Assembly (NCBI GenBank): GCA_013239625.1
Contig: MU054338.1
Span: 5,370,724 to 5,434,723 of the forward strand
Direction: 5' to 3'
From: Lama guanicoe
Lineage: Eukaryota
DNA length: 64,000 nucleotides
The number at the start of each line of letters is the position of its first letter. Within the stretch, counting starts at the first letter, position 1. This document shows, piece by piece, positions 1-12,930 of the stretch. A program made the translations under genes and the position numbers. The notes beneath the pieces are model-generated. The model had not been told where the DNA came from. It saw only the letters and a list, made by a program, of their open reading frames with translations, and ran no database searches.

Positions 1-24
1 TTTAGTTCGTTTGTTTTTGGGTTT

Positions 25-150
25 GGGGGGAAGGTAATTAGGTTTATTTACTTATATTAGTTTTTTTTTCAGTGGAGATACTGGGGATTGAGCCCAGGAC
101 CTTGTGCATGCTAAGCATGTGCTCTACCACTTAGCTATACTCTCCCCCCT
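25..150 (-). mobile_element. tRNA-derived SINE (camelid vic-1-like)
   Basis: Reverse complement matches the family pattern GGGGAGGGTATAGCTCAGTGGTAGAGC..TGCTTAGCATGCA..AGGTCCTGGGTTCAATCCCCAGTACCTCC plus AAATAAACCTAATTACC tail (Pol III A and B boxes). Confidence 0.85.
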
Positions 151-339
151 GCTATGTTCACCTTTTGATACACGCATGTTCTACCCACAGTCTTTCCTCT
201 CAGCTGGTGAGTAAGGAAGGGCTGAAAGGAAGCGGAGCTGTGAGTTGTCCCGTCACTTGTCTAATTCTGTGTCATCCTATGCTTCAGTCGTTGGTTAGTA
301 TAGGACAGCTTCACGAATAAGAAAAGCTATAATGAGATT

Positions 340-1470
340 TCTTTTTTTTAATTGACATATGATTTACAATGTTGTGTTAGTTTCTAGTGTACAGCATGGT
401 GATTCAGTTATACATATATATAGTCTTTTTCATACTCTTTTTCATTATAGTTTATTATAAGATATTGAATATAGTTCCCTGCGCTCTGCAGTAGGACCTT
501 GTTGTTTAGGGTTTCTTCTTTTTTTAACCATTTAAAATTTTTATTTTTTGTATTTATTTTACAATATCATATTTTTATAAATTGAAGTATAGTTGATGTA
601 CTTTATAATGTTACAGGTATACATTATAGTGATCCACAAATTTTCAAAGGTTATACTCCATTCATAGGTATTATAAAACATTGGCTACATTCCCCATGTT
701 GTCAATACATCCTTGTAGCTTATTTTACACCTGAAAGTTTGTACCAATTAATCCTCCACCTCCATCTTGCTCCACCCCCTTCCCTCTCCCCACTGATAAC
801 CATTAGTTCATTTTCTACATCTGTGAGTCTGTTTCTTTTCTGCTAGATCCACTAGTTTGTTGTATTTTTTTTAAGATTCGACATGTAAGTGATATCTTAC
901 AGTATTTGTCTTTCTCTGTCTGACTTATCTCATTTAGCATAATACCCTCCAAGTCCATCCATGCTGTACGCCAGAAACTAATACAACATTTTAAATCAAC
1001 TGTACTTCAATTAAAAAGCAAACAAATGACCACCCAAGCCACTTAAAATAAGTGCAGAAGAACTGAACAGATATTTTTCCACAAGAGGAAATGCAGACGG
1101 CCAGCAGGAACATGAAAAGTTGCTCAACATCACTAGTATCAGGGAAATGCAAATCAAAATCACAATGAGATATCATCTCACACCTGTCAGAGTGGCCATC
1201 ATCAAAAAGAACACGAATAACAAATGTTGGCAAGGATGAGGTGTAGAGGGAACCCTTGTAACTGTTGGCGGGAATGTAAATTGGTGCAGCGACTATGGAA
1301 AACAATATGGAGGTTTCTCAAAAACCTAAAAACAGAACCACCATATGGCCCAGCAATTCCACTCCTGGGCATGTATCTAGAAAAACAGAAATATGAATTT
1401 AAAAAGATACATACACCCTGCTATTAACAGCAACATCATTTATAATTGCCAAGATATGGAAGCATCATAA
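340..1470. mobile_element. Cluster of L1 3' fragments in both orientations
   Basis: L1 3'UTR tails on the minus strand (340-510, 560-965); L1 ORF2 C-terminal remnant on the plus strand ([36 protein letters not shown]). Confidence 0.85.
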
Positions 1471-1479
1471 TGAGCATCC

Positions 1480-2320
1480 TACTGTTTAGGGCTTCTTGTT
1501 TCTTAGAACACTATTGCTTTCTTTCAAAGTTAGAAGTAAGTTCTGATTTGCATGGAAAGCCTTGTCCCCCGAGGCTCTCAGTGTCTCCACTTGCTCAGTA
1601 CTGGATGTCACACCTCACGCCCACTCTGGGTCTTGCTGAGCTGTCGTGGGTCCACTGAAATTCTGGGCTCACGGGGCATCACAAACGGTGTCAGTGGATC
1701 TCCTCTGCTCACCCCATGCTCTGCTGCCCCGTCATACTTCATCCACAGAGCACAAGTTCAAAGGTAACATGATTAAAAACTTCCAGATGGAGGCATTTAT
1801 GCTAAGTGAAATCCACCAGGTAGAGAAAGACAGATATTGTGTGATCTCACTTATATATAGAATCTGAAAAAAAGACAAACTCAGAAAGAAGCAGAGAGTA
1901 GACTGGTGGTTACCAGAGTCTGGCGGTGGGGGACATGGGAAGATGCTTGTCACAGGGAAAATAACTTCCAGCTGTAAGATTGACAACTTTGAGGCCTCAT
2001 GCAGGACATGGTGATTATAGCTAATACTGTATCACATGCTTGAATGTTGCTAAGAGAGTAGATCTCAAATGTTCTCACCACAGAAAAAGAAACTAAGGAG
2101 GGAGGTGGTAGCCAACACTGCGGGGGTAATCATTTTGCAATTTACAACTGTAGCGAATCAACAGATCATACACCTCAAATTTACAATGATGTATCACTTG
2201 TATCTCAGTAAAGCTGGGGAGGAAAAAAAAATTTCCAGATGGCAACTGTAGAGCATTAAGCCAAGTGGAGGGCTCTTCTGAGCGCGTGGCCCTGGACAAC
2301 TGTACAGGCCACATGCACGC
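1480..2320. mobile_element. MER45-like hAT-Tip100 DNA transposon remnant interrupted by L1
   Basis: Terminal region GAGCATTAAGCCAAG..CTTCTGAGCGCGTGGCCCTG..CTGTACAGG resembles the MER45 end as recalled. Confidence 0.55.
1791..2230 (+). mobile_element. L1MA-type 3' end with 16-bp TSD
   Basis: L1 3'UTR and A tail, flanked by AAAAACTTCCAGATGG (1775-1790) and AAAAATTTCCAGATGG (2227-2242). Confidence 0.85.
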
Positions 2321-2748
2321 ACGCTGTAGTTCACAGATGGTGAAACAAGGAGGCGATTTGGCCTAAGTGTGCCCAGCTGGCAAGCGGCTGAACCACCAGC
2401 ACACACTTCTCTCTCGTTAAAGCAAAATCAGGCGGCATTGTGGAGGCTGGGGTGAGGTTCTTCAGGCCAGTCCTGGGCATCCAGTCTCCGTGGACCAATT
2501 CAATAATCATAGCTTATTCTGCAACCTCATGTGCTTCCTTTTTGTAAGTCACGTTGTTGGAATTGATGGAGAGAGGGTGTGGATGTTGGGATAACCTGGG
2601 AGCATTTGTTCACACATGGTTTTTTCCTAGCCCTTTTTTTTTTTTCAGAATTAAAGAGAAAGTCTTCACAAGGTAAATGAGAAAAATCTTATTTAAAATG
2701 GAAAAAACTGAAGAGCCACAAAAATGCCTGCCTTCAGGATGAGTGGTA

Positions 2749-2975
2749 GCTGGGTTCCATGTCTAGGTTCTGCGGCTGGGTTTCACGTTGGGTTCTGTAC
2801 CTGAGTTTTGTGGCTGGGTTTTATACTGGGTTCCTGGCTGGGTTTTATGGCTGAGTTCTGTGGCTTCATTCCATAGTGGGGATTTGAGACTGGGCTCCAT
2901 GTTTGAATTCTGTGGTTGAGTTTTGTGTTGGATTCCGTGGCTAGGTTTCCTGGCTGGCTTCTTATGACTGATTTC
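2749..2975. repeat. Degenerate ~13-bp tandem repeat (GGCTGGGTTCTGT-like, about 18 units)
   Basis: Units such as ggctgggtttcac, ggctgggttttat, ggctgagttctgt, ggctaggtttcct. Confidence 0.75.
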
Positions 2976-3654
2976 GAGCTTTAAGAACCTCTAAACCTTC
3001 TGCTCTCTTGCCTGGGGAAGTTTCAAGTTCATGTGAAGACACAACAAAGACACTTTCCCCTCATTGAAAGCAATAAATTAATGAAGACATTCACAGGCCG
3101 GATCGGATTTGAACTAGGTTAACAGTGACCTCTCCTGGGAGTAATGCCTTCATCTCAAGGGAGGAGGCAGGTACCTTGAGTTTGAGGCCAGAGACTGGAC
3201 ACAGAAGCCAAGAGAGGTTTACCTAGGATAGACTGGACCAGGATGACCGCTGGCTTTGTTAGTGCTCTGGGCACAAAGTGCTGTGGGCTTGGGTGTTCTG
3301 CCCTCAACCCTATTTCCCCCCAATTATTTTTGCTATTAAATGTAATATTTAATTTTCATGTAACATAATGTTATTATAATTAATATCCTCTTATAATATA
3401 AATGATGATATTTATGTTATAGTATATAAGGAATATAAGTAATATCCTGTTATTTTGGGAGTATGACTTTTCAGAACACAGGCTTTTTTCAGGAAAGCAC
3501 TGGAATGTTCTGGAAGAAGTATCTGATGTGTGAGCATCTGTGTGTCAGGCACTTTCGAGGTGCTGAGGTCACAGCAGTGACCACCCTGAGCAAGGACCCT
3601 GCCCTCCTGGATGTGACACTCCAGGGGACATGGGGCAGATTTTATTTTCCAAAA

Positions 3655-4157
3655 ATAGTGGTAACAATCTCTCCCATGACACTTGCTCTTCTTCAGTGTG
3701 ACCTTGACACCCCTGGGCAAGAGCTGAGGTCTAGGTCTCCTCCTCTTGCCCCTGGGTGGACCTCTGTGTCTACCTTAACCAGTAGAGTGACATCACACCA
3801 TAAGGCTAGGTCGTCAGTGGCGATGCAGCTCCTCCCTAGGTCCCTCTGGGGACACTCCCTCTTGGAACCAGCTGCCATGATGGAGGAAGCCCCAGCCACA
3901 TGGAGCCCCAGCCACATGGAGAGACCACGTGGTAGGCGTTGTGGTCAAGAGCCCCCAGCTGCGCCCCCAACCAGCAGCCAGCATCCATCACCAGACAGGT
4001 GAGCCAGAAAGCCTGGAAATGACTCTAGTCCCAGCCTGAGTGACTACATGAGAAACCTTGAGCAAGAACCACCCAGCTGAGCCCAGGCAACCCCTAAAAC
4101 TGCAAGAAATAATAAGTTTGGGTGTGACTTGTTATGAAGCAGTGGATAGCTGGAATC
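3655..4157 (+). mobile_element. MaLR LTR (MLT1G/H-like)
   Basis: CTTGGAACCAGCTGCCATG, CCAGCTGAGCCCAG and the 3' end TTGTTATGAAGCAGTGGATAGCTGGAATCA are typical of old MLT1 LTRs. Confidence 0.7.
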
Positions 4158-5740
4158 AGGAGAGACAGTAAACAAACAAGAGAATGTAAGTCGGTGATAC
4201 AAAGACACAAGCAGAGTGATGTGACTGCAGGGGGCTGCTTTAGTTGGGGGCACCAGAGAGGGCCTCTTGGAGGAGGTGACATTTGGGCTGAGTCCTGAAG
4301 GATGAGAAAGATTCAACCATGATAAGAACTAGGAAGAAGGAAGAGCAAGTGCAAAGGCCCTGAGGCAGGAATGATCTCGGTGCATCGAGGAATAGCAGCG
4401 AGGCCAGTGAGGTTACGGTGGGGGTGGGGAGGTGAGTAGTGGGGAGGTGATGGGGGCCTTGGCTGTGGTCATAAGGACTGAAGTTTTTGTTCTGAGTATG
4501 ATGGGGACTTTCTGGGGGGTTTTGAGCAGAGACAGGATGGGACCCAATCTCTACACATGTGGCGGTGACAGGTGGGGCTGGGGTTTTCCTGGGAGGAGTG
4601 CTCCAGGGTTGCATTAAGGGACCCTAGGCATTTCTGCTTTCATGGTCCCCTTCCTCCATTAAAAAAAAAAAGTTATAATTATATTTAGAACTACATTGGT
4701 ATAAAAATGAATGTAGTCCAGGCTGCAAAAGGAATGTCCCAGGTTGTCCCTCTTTAAAACCTAAAGAGCTTATCTGAATTGATTTTTATGAATATTCCAG
4801 CCAAGAGATGGAGACGAACAAAGCAGTCACTAGTGTCCTGGTGAAACAGTCAACGCTGTGGTGATACACCAGGGGAAAGACATTCCACCTCGTAAATACT
4901 CAAAGATCATGCTGATTCAAAATGAGACATCTTTTTGTCGATTTAAACCATGGCTTTAAAAAAAAAATTACAGAATCTTGCTTTGGCTTGCTGCTTTCAG
5001 CATATATGGCAGCCTTCTGGAAAAAATTTGGCAACATGTACCAAGAATCATAAAATGTTTGTCTCTTTCTGGCTAGTATTTCCACCTCCAAGAATTCATT
5101 CTTTTTTAAAAAAAATTTTAATTTTTTAAATTTATAATGTTGTATTCATTTCTGATGCACAGAATAGTGATTCAGTTATACATACAAATATATATTCTTT
5201 TTCATTACAGGTTACTACAAGCCACTGAACATAGGTCCTTGTGCTGTACAGTTGGACCTTGTTGTTTATCTATTCTGTACATAGCAGTTTGTATCTGCTA
5301 ATCCCAAACTCCCAATTTATCCCTCCCTTCCCCTTTTCCTCCCTGGTAACCATAAGTTTGTTTTCTATGTCTGTTGAGTCTCGTTCTGTTTTATAAATAA
5401 GTTCGTTTGTGTCACAAGAATTCATTCTGAAGAAATATGAGAAGTAGGCAAATATTTACACACAACCATACTCATGGTAGCATTATTTTAATATTCACTG
5501 AGCACAAAGCTTAAGGTGGACAATTAAGTAAACTGTGTTATAGTAACACGATCATGTCAGTGAGCCAGTCATTACAAACGTTTTTAACACTTTTAACAAA
5601 CTGGAAATATTTTTCTAATGCTACAGAAAGTTTTTTTTTAATGATATGGAGTGTTTTTATACAATAATCTAAGAAAATAGGTGCATATATACGGAATCCA
5701 GTATTTTTTTCTAGATTTTTCTATGATTAAAAATCTTGGC

Positions 5741-5840
5741 AGGGAGGGTATAGCTCAGTGGTAGAGCATGTGCTTAGCATACATGAGGTCCTCGTTTCCA
5801 TCCCCAGTACCTCCATTAACAAAATGAAAATAAAAAATAA
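5741..5840 (+). mobile_element. tRNA-derived SINE; further copies at about 7446-7535(+), 7955-8030(-), 8040-8132(-), 8640-8725(-), 10435-10565(+), 13125-13250(-), 13906-13995(+), 17450-17545(+)
   Basis: Shared TAGCTCAGTGGTAGAGC / GGTTCAATCCCCAGTACC head and A-rich tail. Confidence 0.85.
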
Positions 5841-5849
5841 AAATCTTGT

Positions 5850-6920
5850 TGCCTATGGAACAGCAGGACCCTCATTCAGTGCTGGTGAGAAGGCAATACG
5901 GTCCAGCCACTTTGGAAGATGGTTTGGCGGGTTTTTTAATAAAGGTAAACATCCTCTTGCAATATGATCCAACAGTCACCCTCCCTGATATTTACCCAAG
6001 CAAGCTGAAAGCTATGTGCACACAAAACCTGCACATGGATGTTTACAGCAGATCAAATCATAACTGCCAAAATGTGGAAGCCATCAAGGTATCCTTCAGT
6101 AGGTGAGTGGATAAATAAACCATGGTATACCCAGACAAGGAAATATTGTTCATTGAGAAAAAGAAATGAGCTACCAAGCTGTGAAAAGACACAGAGGAAC
6201 CTTAAATGCACATTATAAAGTGGAAGGAGCTGATCTGATAATGTTACATTCTGTATGATTCCAACTCTGTGACATTACGGAAAAGACAAAACTATGGAGC
6301 CAGTAAAAGGATCAGTGGTCACTAGGGGTTAAGGAGGGAGAGATGGATAAAAGGAGTGCAGGGGATTTTTAGGGCAGGGAAACTATTCTGTAGGACACTA
6401 TGATGGTGGATACAGGCCATTATATATTCATCCAAACCCACAGCACGAACCAAACCGAGAGTGAACCCTGTTGTCATCTGTGGACTTGGGGTGATTATGA
6501 TGTGTCAGGGCAGGTTCATGGATTGTACCGTATGCACTGCTCCAGTGCCACGTTGATGGTGACAGTTAATATGCTGTGCGTGTGTGGGGGCAGAGTGTAT
6601 ACGGGAACGCCCTGTAATTTCTGCTCTCTTTCACTGTGAGCCTATGACTACTCTAATACATAAGGTCTACTGAAAAAGGAAAATCCTGTTACTCTTACGC
6701 TGAGTGAAAGAAGCCAGTTGGCAGACACACACTACTGTATATAAAATAAACAACCGAGTCCTACTGTACAACACAGGGAACTATAGTCAATAGCTTGTAA
6801 TAACCTATAACAGAAAAGAATCTGAAAAAGAATATGTGTGTAGAACTGAATGACTATGCTGTACACCAGAAATTAACACAGCATTGTAAACTGACTATAT
6901 ATACTTCAAAAAGAAAAAAA
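5850..6920 (+). mobile_element. Old L1M 3' region followed by a younger L1 3' tail (about 6735-6920)
   Basis: L1 3' motifs (TATGATCCAACAGTC, GAGTGGATAAATAAA) and tail ACAGGGAACTATAGTCAATAGCTTGTAATAACC. Confidence 0.8.
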
Positions 6921-7922
6921 GATAATGCTGAATGAAAAAAAGTTGTGTGATAATAGTACAGTGCAATACTATTTATATAAATTAAACACACACACACACC
7001 CACAGGTGTTGTTTCCAGATACATCTCTGCCTGTGAAAGTAAATACAATTGTTGGAAATGGCTGTCCCTGCTGGAATTGCAGTGATTTTGTTCTGGGTAC
7101 TTGTGTCTTTCAAGTGTGTCTCCCCACAGTGGCCAGAGAGATCAGGTCACTGTAGATCAGTGACCCCTGGAGTCCACTGGCCAGAGTGGAATATGTAACC
7201 CGACGGTCAATGCAGCTGAATGCATCAGTGTGCTGGAGGTGGCCAAAGGGACCAGAGTGAAGATGGCCCTGATGCCACCATGTGTCCAGCATATATAAGG
7301 AGCTCTTAGAAATCAACAAGAAAAAGGCAGAAATGTCATAGGAAAAATGAACCTTTTATAAAAGATAATCTCCAAATGACCGATCACTGAAAAGATGCTT
7401 AACATCATAAGTCATCAAGGAAATGCAAATTAAAACCAAAATGTAGGGGGGAGTGTATAGCTCAGTGGTAGAGTGCGTGCTTAGCATGCATGAGGTCCTG
7501 GGTTATATCCCCAGTACCTCCATTTAAAAAAAAAAGTGTAACTCAATGAAACAGAATTTTAAAAAATAATAATAATAAAATGATATAACTAGGTTAAAAA
7601 ATAAAAAAGCCGTGACACCTACTAGAATGGCTAAAATGACAAAGACCACACCAAGTGACACTTCTACTCCGCTGGTGACACTGTAAAATGACACAACCAC
7701 TCAGGAAAGCCTTGGCAGGATCCGGAAAGCTGAGTAAACACCTAGGCTGTGGCTCCTAGGAATAAACTCGAAGGAAATGTGGGCTTCTGTTTACCAAAAA
7801 GCCGGTGAGAATGTTCGTAACAATTCTGCTTTCAATAACCCCAAACCGGAAGCCATCTAAATGCCTGACAAAAGGGTGTGTCAATAAATTGTGGCGACTT
7901 CACAAAATGGAACACTCTACAG

Positions 7923-8280
7923 CAGTGATTCTCAACCAGGGGTGATTTTTGTTTTTTAATGGAAGTACTAGGGACAGAACCCAGGACCTCAGGCTAAGTT
8001 TGTGCTCTACCACTGAGCTATTACCCACCCCTCAATCTTTTATTTATTTTAATGGAGGTACTGAGGATTGAACCCAGGATCCCACGGATGCTAAGCATGC
8101 GCTCTACCACTGAGCTTTATTACCCTCCTCCCTTGATTTTTACCTCTAAGGGGACATTTGGCCATGTCTGAAGATGTTTTTGGTTGTCAGAACTTGGGGA
8201 GGGGGGTCAACATCCTATAATGGACGGGGCACACCAAGAAGTATTCAGCCTTAAATGTTAATGATGGCTGAGAAACTCTG
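7923..8280 (+). mobile_element. MER20 (hAT-Charlie MITE) with two nested SINEs
   Basis: TIRs CAGTGATTCTCAACC / TGAGAAACTCTG; internal GGGGACATTTGGCCATGTCTGAAGA; 8-bp TSD CTCTACAG / CTATACAA. Confidence 0.85.
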
Positions 8281-8832
8281 CTATACAACAATGACAATGA
8301 ACAAAGATTATAATCCAGAACAAGGAAACGCACCAACCCAATGCTGCCCGAGAGAAACCAGGTGGAAAGAGAACATCCTGCCTGCTTCCATTTATAGTAA
8401 AGTCCAAATGACAGGCAAAGTGATTCTACGCTATTCAAAGTCAAGTCCGGGGTCACCGTGGAGGGGAGTGACAGGAGAAGGCATGGCAGAGGCTGCTAGG
8501 GGCTGAGATGTTCTATCCTTGATCTGGGTGATCTATAAGCATGTTCAAGTTGTGAAAACTTCGTGACGTACATTTGTGACTTGTGCACTTTTTTGTGGAC
8601 TTGTGCATTTTTTCTCACTGTGTGCTATTTTTTAAAAATATTTTTTTAAATGGAGGTACTGGGGATTGAATCCAAGACCTCGTGTATGGTAAGTATGTGC
8701 TTTACCACTGAGCTATACCTTCCCTTCATGCTATATTTGAGTAAAAGTTTCTAAAAGTTAAAAATCTTCCCCCTTCCTTCCACACCTCTGTCCTGTTCAG
8801 GCTTTATCAGCTTTGCACTGGACAAGTGCCCC

Positions 8833-9355
8833 TGCGACAGGAGGGAAGGGGGCGAGGCACAACCTGTATAAGAACGACACAGCAATTGGAGAGTCCCCTC
8901 CCAGTAGACCGTGAGGCCCAAGATGGCGGGAGATTTGACTTCCACCAGGCCTTGAGCTTCATTATACGCTCATTGTAATATACTGGCATGGTAAGTGACA
9001 GTTCCGAGGCTGACCATAAAAGGCGAAAAAGTGGGCAGTGGCCCAGTTCCTGGGAATCCCAGCCCTTTCCCCCAGTAGTTGGAACAACCCTTCCACTTGT
9101 TGGCATATGAAGTTACTGAGCCCGTAAAACTAACGACCCGGCACCTCGCGGTCGCTCTCTCTGGCCGTCTGAGACAGTCCACACTCTATCTCTGGAACGC
9201 GCATCTCTGAATACCTCTACTTTCACTCAACTATGGCTCTCCTATGAATTCTTTCCTGCGTGAAGCCAATGACCCCCACTTGGTGGGGCGCATCCTAGGG
9301 ATCTGACTGAGACCCTGGGACACAACCATCTTCTCGCACCATTTTTCCTGCAACA
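8833..9355 (+). mobile_element. ERV solo LTR (probably ERV1 class)
   Basis: TG...CA ends, CAAGATGGCG motif, near 4-bp TSD (cccc/cctc); homologous to the fragment at 58377-58682. Confidence 0.7.
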
Positions 9356-11891
9356 CCTCCACCCTCCCCTCTCCCCAGTCTATCTTCCATATAGTAGCCA
9401 GGGGAGCTCCAGAGCACACTTAGAAGGCCATATCCCTCCCTGCTCTGAAGCCTTCCATGGCTCCCTATTCCCCTCAAGATTAACTCCAAGACTTTAAGGA
9501 GTTTCTTGGCACCGACCCTGCCTCTTTTGCAGTCTCGTCTCTACTTACCCTCTCTGCTCCTCGCACCATTAGGTTAATCTGCAACTCAGAACACACTGCT
9601 TCAAACCTCTGGGTCTTTGCACCTGCTGTCCTCCCTGCTTAACTGCCTCAACACACTCTTGCCCTCTGAGGTTCAGCTGGAGTGCCCCTGCTCCGGAAGC
9701 CTCCCCCACCTTCGGCCCTCCCCTCTCCCCCTGCTCGGATCTAGGGGCCAGGAGGCGTTTGGACCATAGGTGATTCTCCTCTAGTCAGTGCGTGGGCTAC
9801 CCCAGGGGACGCTGGAGCTGAGGAAAACTGAGAAATCCCAGGCATCACACCAAGACTGCCCCCTCCCTCAGTGGGCAAGGGTGAGGCCAGGACTCCAAAG
9901 GTCCTGAGCTTGAACCCTGCCTCTGCTCTTTCCCTGCAGACCCAGTCCCCTCCCCCAGCTCTGCCCAGCTAGCCCTCAGCTCCCTCCTACCACCCACTTC
10001 CGGAGGGTTACCCACCCCCACTCTGTAATGGTTGCAAAAGGGGAAGTGGGAGGAGGGGAGTTTCCAGGGGTTGATTTTAGGTCAGTCCAAGCATCACCTC
10101 ACACCCTCTGTGCTGCACAGACACCTGGGAGACTCAGCCAAGCCTGTCTCCCATTACCCCTGCCTCCCAGCCCATAAACTCACGGAACAGACACCGGGCA
10201 GCCTTCATTCAAGGCTGCTCACGTTGCAGACAGTGATGGCCACTGACTCATGACCCAGAGAGCAGAAACAGCACCTGAATTCCAGTTCCACCTCAGCCAC
10301 TCACAGGCTGTATGACCTTGGCCTAGTGCCCTAACCTCTTTGTGCCTCAGCTGCCTCCCTTGCAAAAGGATGAGAGTATTGACCTCACAGGGCTGTCAAG
10401 GGATCAGATGTCTTCATTTAAAATAGTGTCTGAGTGGGGAGGGTCTAGGTCAGTGGTAGAGCGCATGCTTAGCATGAACGAGGCCCTGGGTTCAATCCCC
10501 AGTACCTCCATTAAGTAAATAAATAAATAAACCTAATTACCTGCCCCACCAAAAAAAAAAAAAAAATAGTGTCTGGCACTTAAATGCCCTGTGAGGCTTT
10601 CTGCTTCCCCTCCCAGCTCTTCCTCTGGATCCACACGCCCTCGGCCCCAGGATAGTCTTCTGGCCAAGTTCAAGGTCTGAATCTATCCTTCAACTGCTGA
10701 CCTTCAGCACATCTGCCTGGCAAAGTTGGACTAGCCCCAGTCAGGCTGCCCCTGCACTAGATCTAACCTTTCCCCTCCCTCCTCCTCTTGCCTTTACACA
10801 CATATGTGGGTGGGAGCCATGGGGCCTCCTACCACCCCACGCCTCTCCCCTGGGTTGACACAGGGACACCGCACCTCCAGCTCAAACAGATGCACCAAAC
10901 CTCCAGTGCAGAGCATGCCTCCCACAGGCATCCAGACTTCCCCCGTCCCATCCAGCCCCTTGTCTCCCCATCTGCTGTCACCCTGCGTGCCCTACTCAGG
11001 GACGCCCACCTGGCCGCCCAGCCAGAGAGACGTCCTACTGGCCTGGCCTGCCCCGCGACCTCCCTCTATCCCCTCTCCTCCCTTCTCTGGCCCCGCCAGC
11101 CTGCAGACACCGTCATCTGGGAAATAGGCCCCTTTCGCTCTGCTTTCTCCCTGCACCGCCCGCCATGAGCCACGTGACCCTCCAAATTGCTAATCAGAGC
11201 ATGATGCCCTCCTATAAAAACTGATTGTGGTTCCATGAAGTCTGAACCCAGGGCCCCCAGGCCTGAGTGGACAGTTCTCCCTCGGGCTGCCCCCTCAGTC
11301 ACACTGGTTTTTTGTTTCAGTGGAGACCCCTCTTCTCCCCACCCCACATCCCTGCCCCCCTGCCCCTTCATCAGGGGGACCTTCTGTGCCATCCTGGGGA
11401 AGCCTACCCCGACCTCCTGCCCGCATCCTCAACATCCCATCCTCACCCACACACATCCCCAGACACACCCACCATGTTGACCTGGAATTACCAAGGGGCC
11501 TCCTCATTAGCTCTGGCTCATGGGTCCCAGAGAAAAGTCCCTCCAATTAACAGGGGCACCAAAACCCCAGAACAGGAAATAAAAGGCCTGATTGGAAGAA
11601 ACTGTAGCTTTCCAAATCAGAGTCCAAACTATAACAAGGAGCTCATTCTACTTTCTAGTGGACAAGATGTGGGTTATAATTGAAACTACAGGCTAATTCT
11701 TGAAACAGATTAATTTACTGGGTTTTGGAAACATGGATGGGGTGTTCTGCCCACCACAAATTTGTATTTAATAATTCTCATGTAATATTCCAATAGCATT
11801 CTGGAAAGAGTCATTTTGGGGAAAAACACACACACACACACACACACACAAAGAAAAGAAAACAAAACAAATGCTTCGAAGGAAAAGGCAT

Positions 11892-12266
11892 TGGGGTTTT
11901 GAATTGTGTCCCCCAAACAGATAAGCTGAAATCTTAACCCTGGCCCCCAACCGGTGATTGTGATCTTATTCAGCAATAGGGTCTTTGCAGATCTAATCAA
12001 GGTAAGATGAGGTCATCCTGGAGTGGAATGGGCCCTAAATCCAACGACCGGTGTCCTTATAAGAGAGATTTGGACACAGAGAAACAAACACGGAGAAGTA
12101 AAGACAGACGGGATTCTTCCCTGTGGCCTTTGGAGGTAGCGTGGCCCTTCTAACACCTTAATTTCAGACTTGGAATTTTCAGAACTGCAAGAGAGTAAGT
12201 TCCGTGATTTACGTGGTCCAGCTGAAGACACTGGGTTACATAGAGCAGCCCCGGGGAAACCACACA
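11892..12266 (+). mobile_element. MaLR LTR (MLT1B/C-like)
   Basis: GAATTGTGTCCCCCAAA, AATAGGGTCTTTGCAGAT, GGCCCTAAATCCAACGACCGGTGTCCTTATAAGA. Confidence 0.85.
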
Positions 12267-12930
12267 CAGCTCTCTGGGTCTGATGCATTGGGTGTCTGAG
12301 TCACTCTCCCTGGTGCAGCCAATCCCGCCTTCACCAATGGCCGCCTTCTCCATGTTTGTTTTTTGGACTGACCACCAAGTCTTTCTTGGTCAATGATTTA
12401 CCAGTGTTGTGGTTGTTGTTTTTAACTGAAGTGTAGTTGATTTACAGTGTGTTAATTTCTCGTGTACAGCATAGAGATTCAGTTATACATATATATAAAT
12501 TCTTTTTCATATTCTTTTCCATTATAGGTTATTACAAGCTATTGAATATAGTTCCCTGCGCTGTACAGTAGGATTACCAGTGTTTGGGGTTCCTCTTCCC
12601 TGCCTTTTCCTTCTATCACATGAAATCCAACCAGGTTGCAAGATTTGTTATATCATTTTGCATTGTGTTAGCAGCCTCTTGGGTGAATGTTTATAATATC
12701 CCACAACCAGAGAACAACTGATCTAAAAAAAAGTCACGTCCTATGGGTAAGTGCAGCTTGGTTCTGGAAAAAACCTGGAAGTCTGGATGAGGAATTAAAC
12801 AGTCAATTTCATAGTAAAGAGTTTTCGTGTTGTGACAACTCTAACATCTCACCACACCTCACAACGACCCTCCTTGCAGCTGTGACAGCTCTAGGGATCT
12901 CCTCAAAATTGCATGTAAAAGATCGATGTT

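Noticed and set aside
2749..2975. CRISPR-like or prokaryotic system
   Set aside because: Eukaryotic context; the repeats have no spacers and there are no cas or operon-like ORFs anywhere in the window.
10435..10510. tRNA-like sequences (TAGCTCAGTGGTAGAGC...GGTTCAATCCCC) as tRNA genes
   Set aside because: About 23 diverged copies with A-rich tails and TSDs are tRNA-derived SINEs, not tRNA genes.
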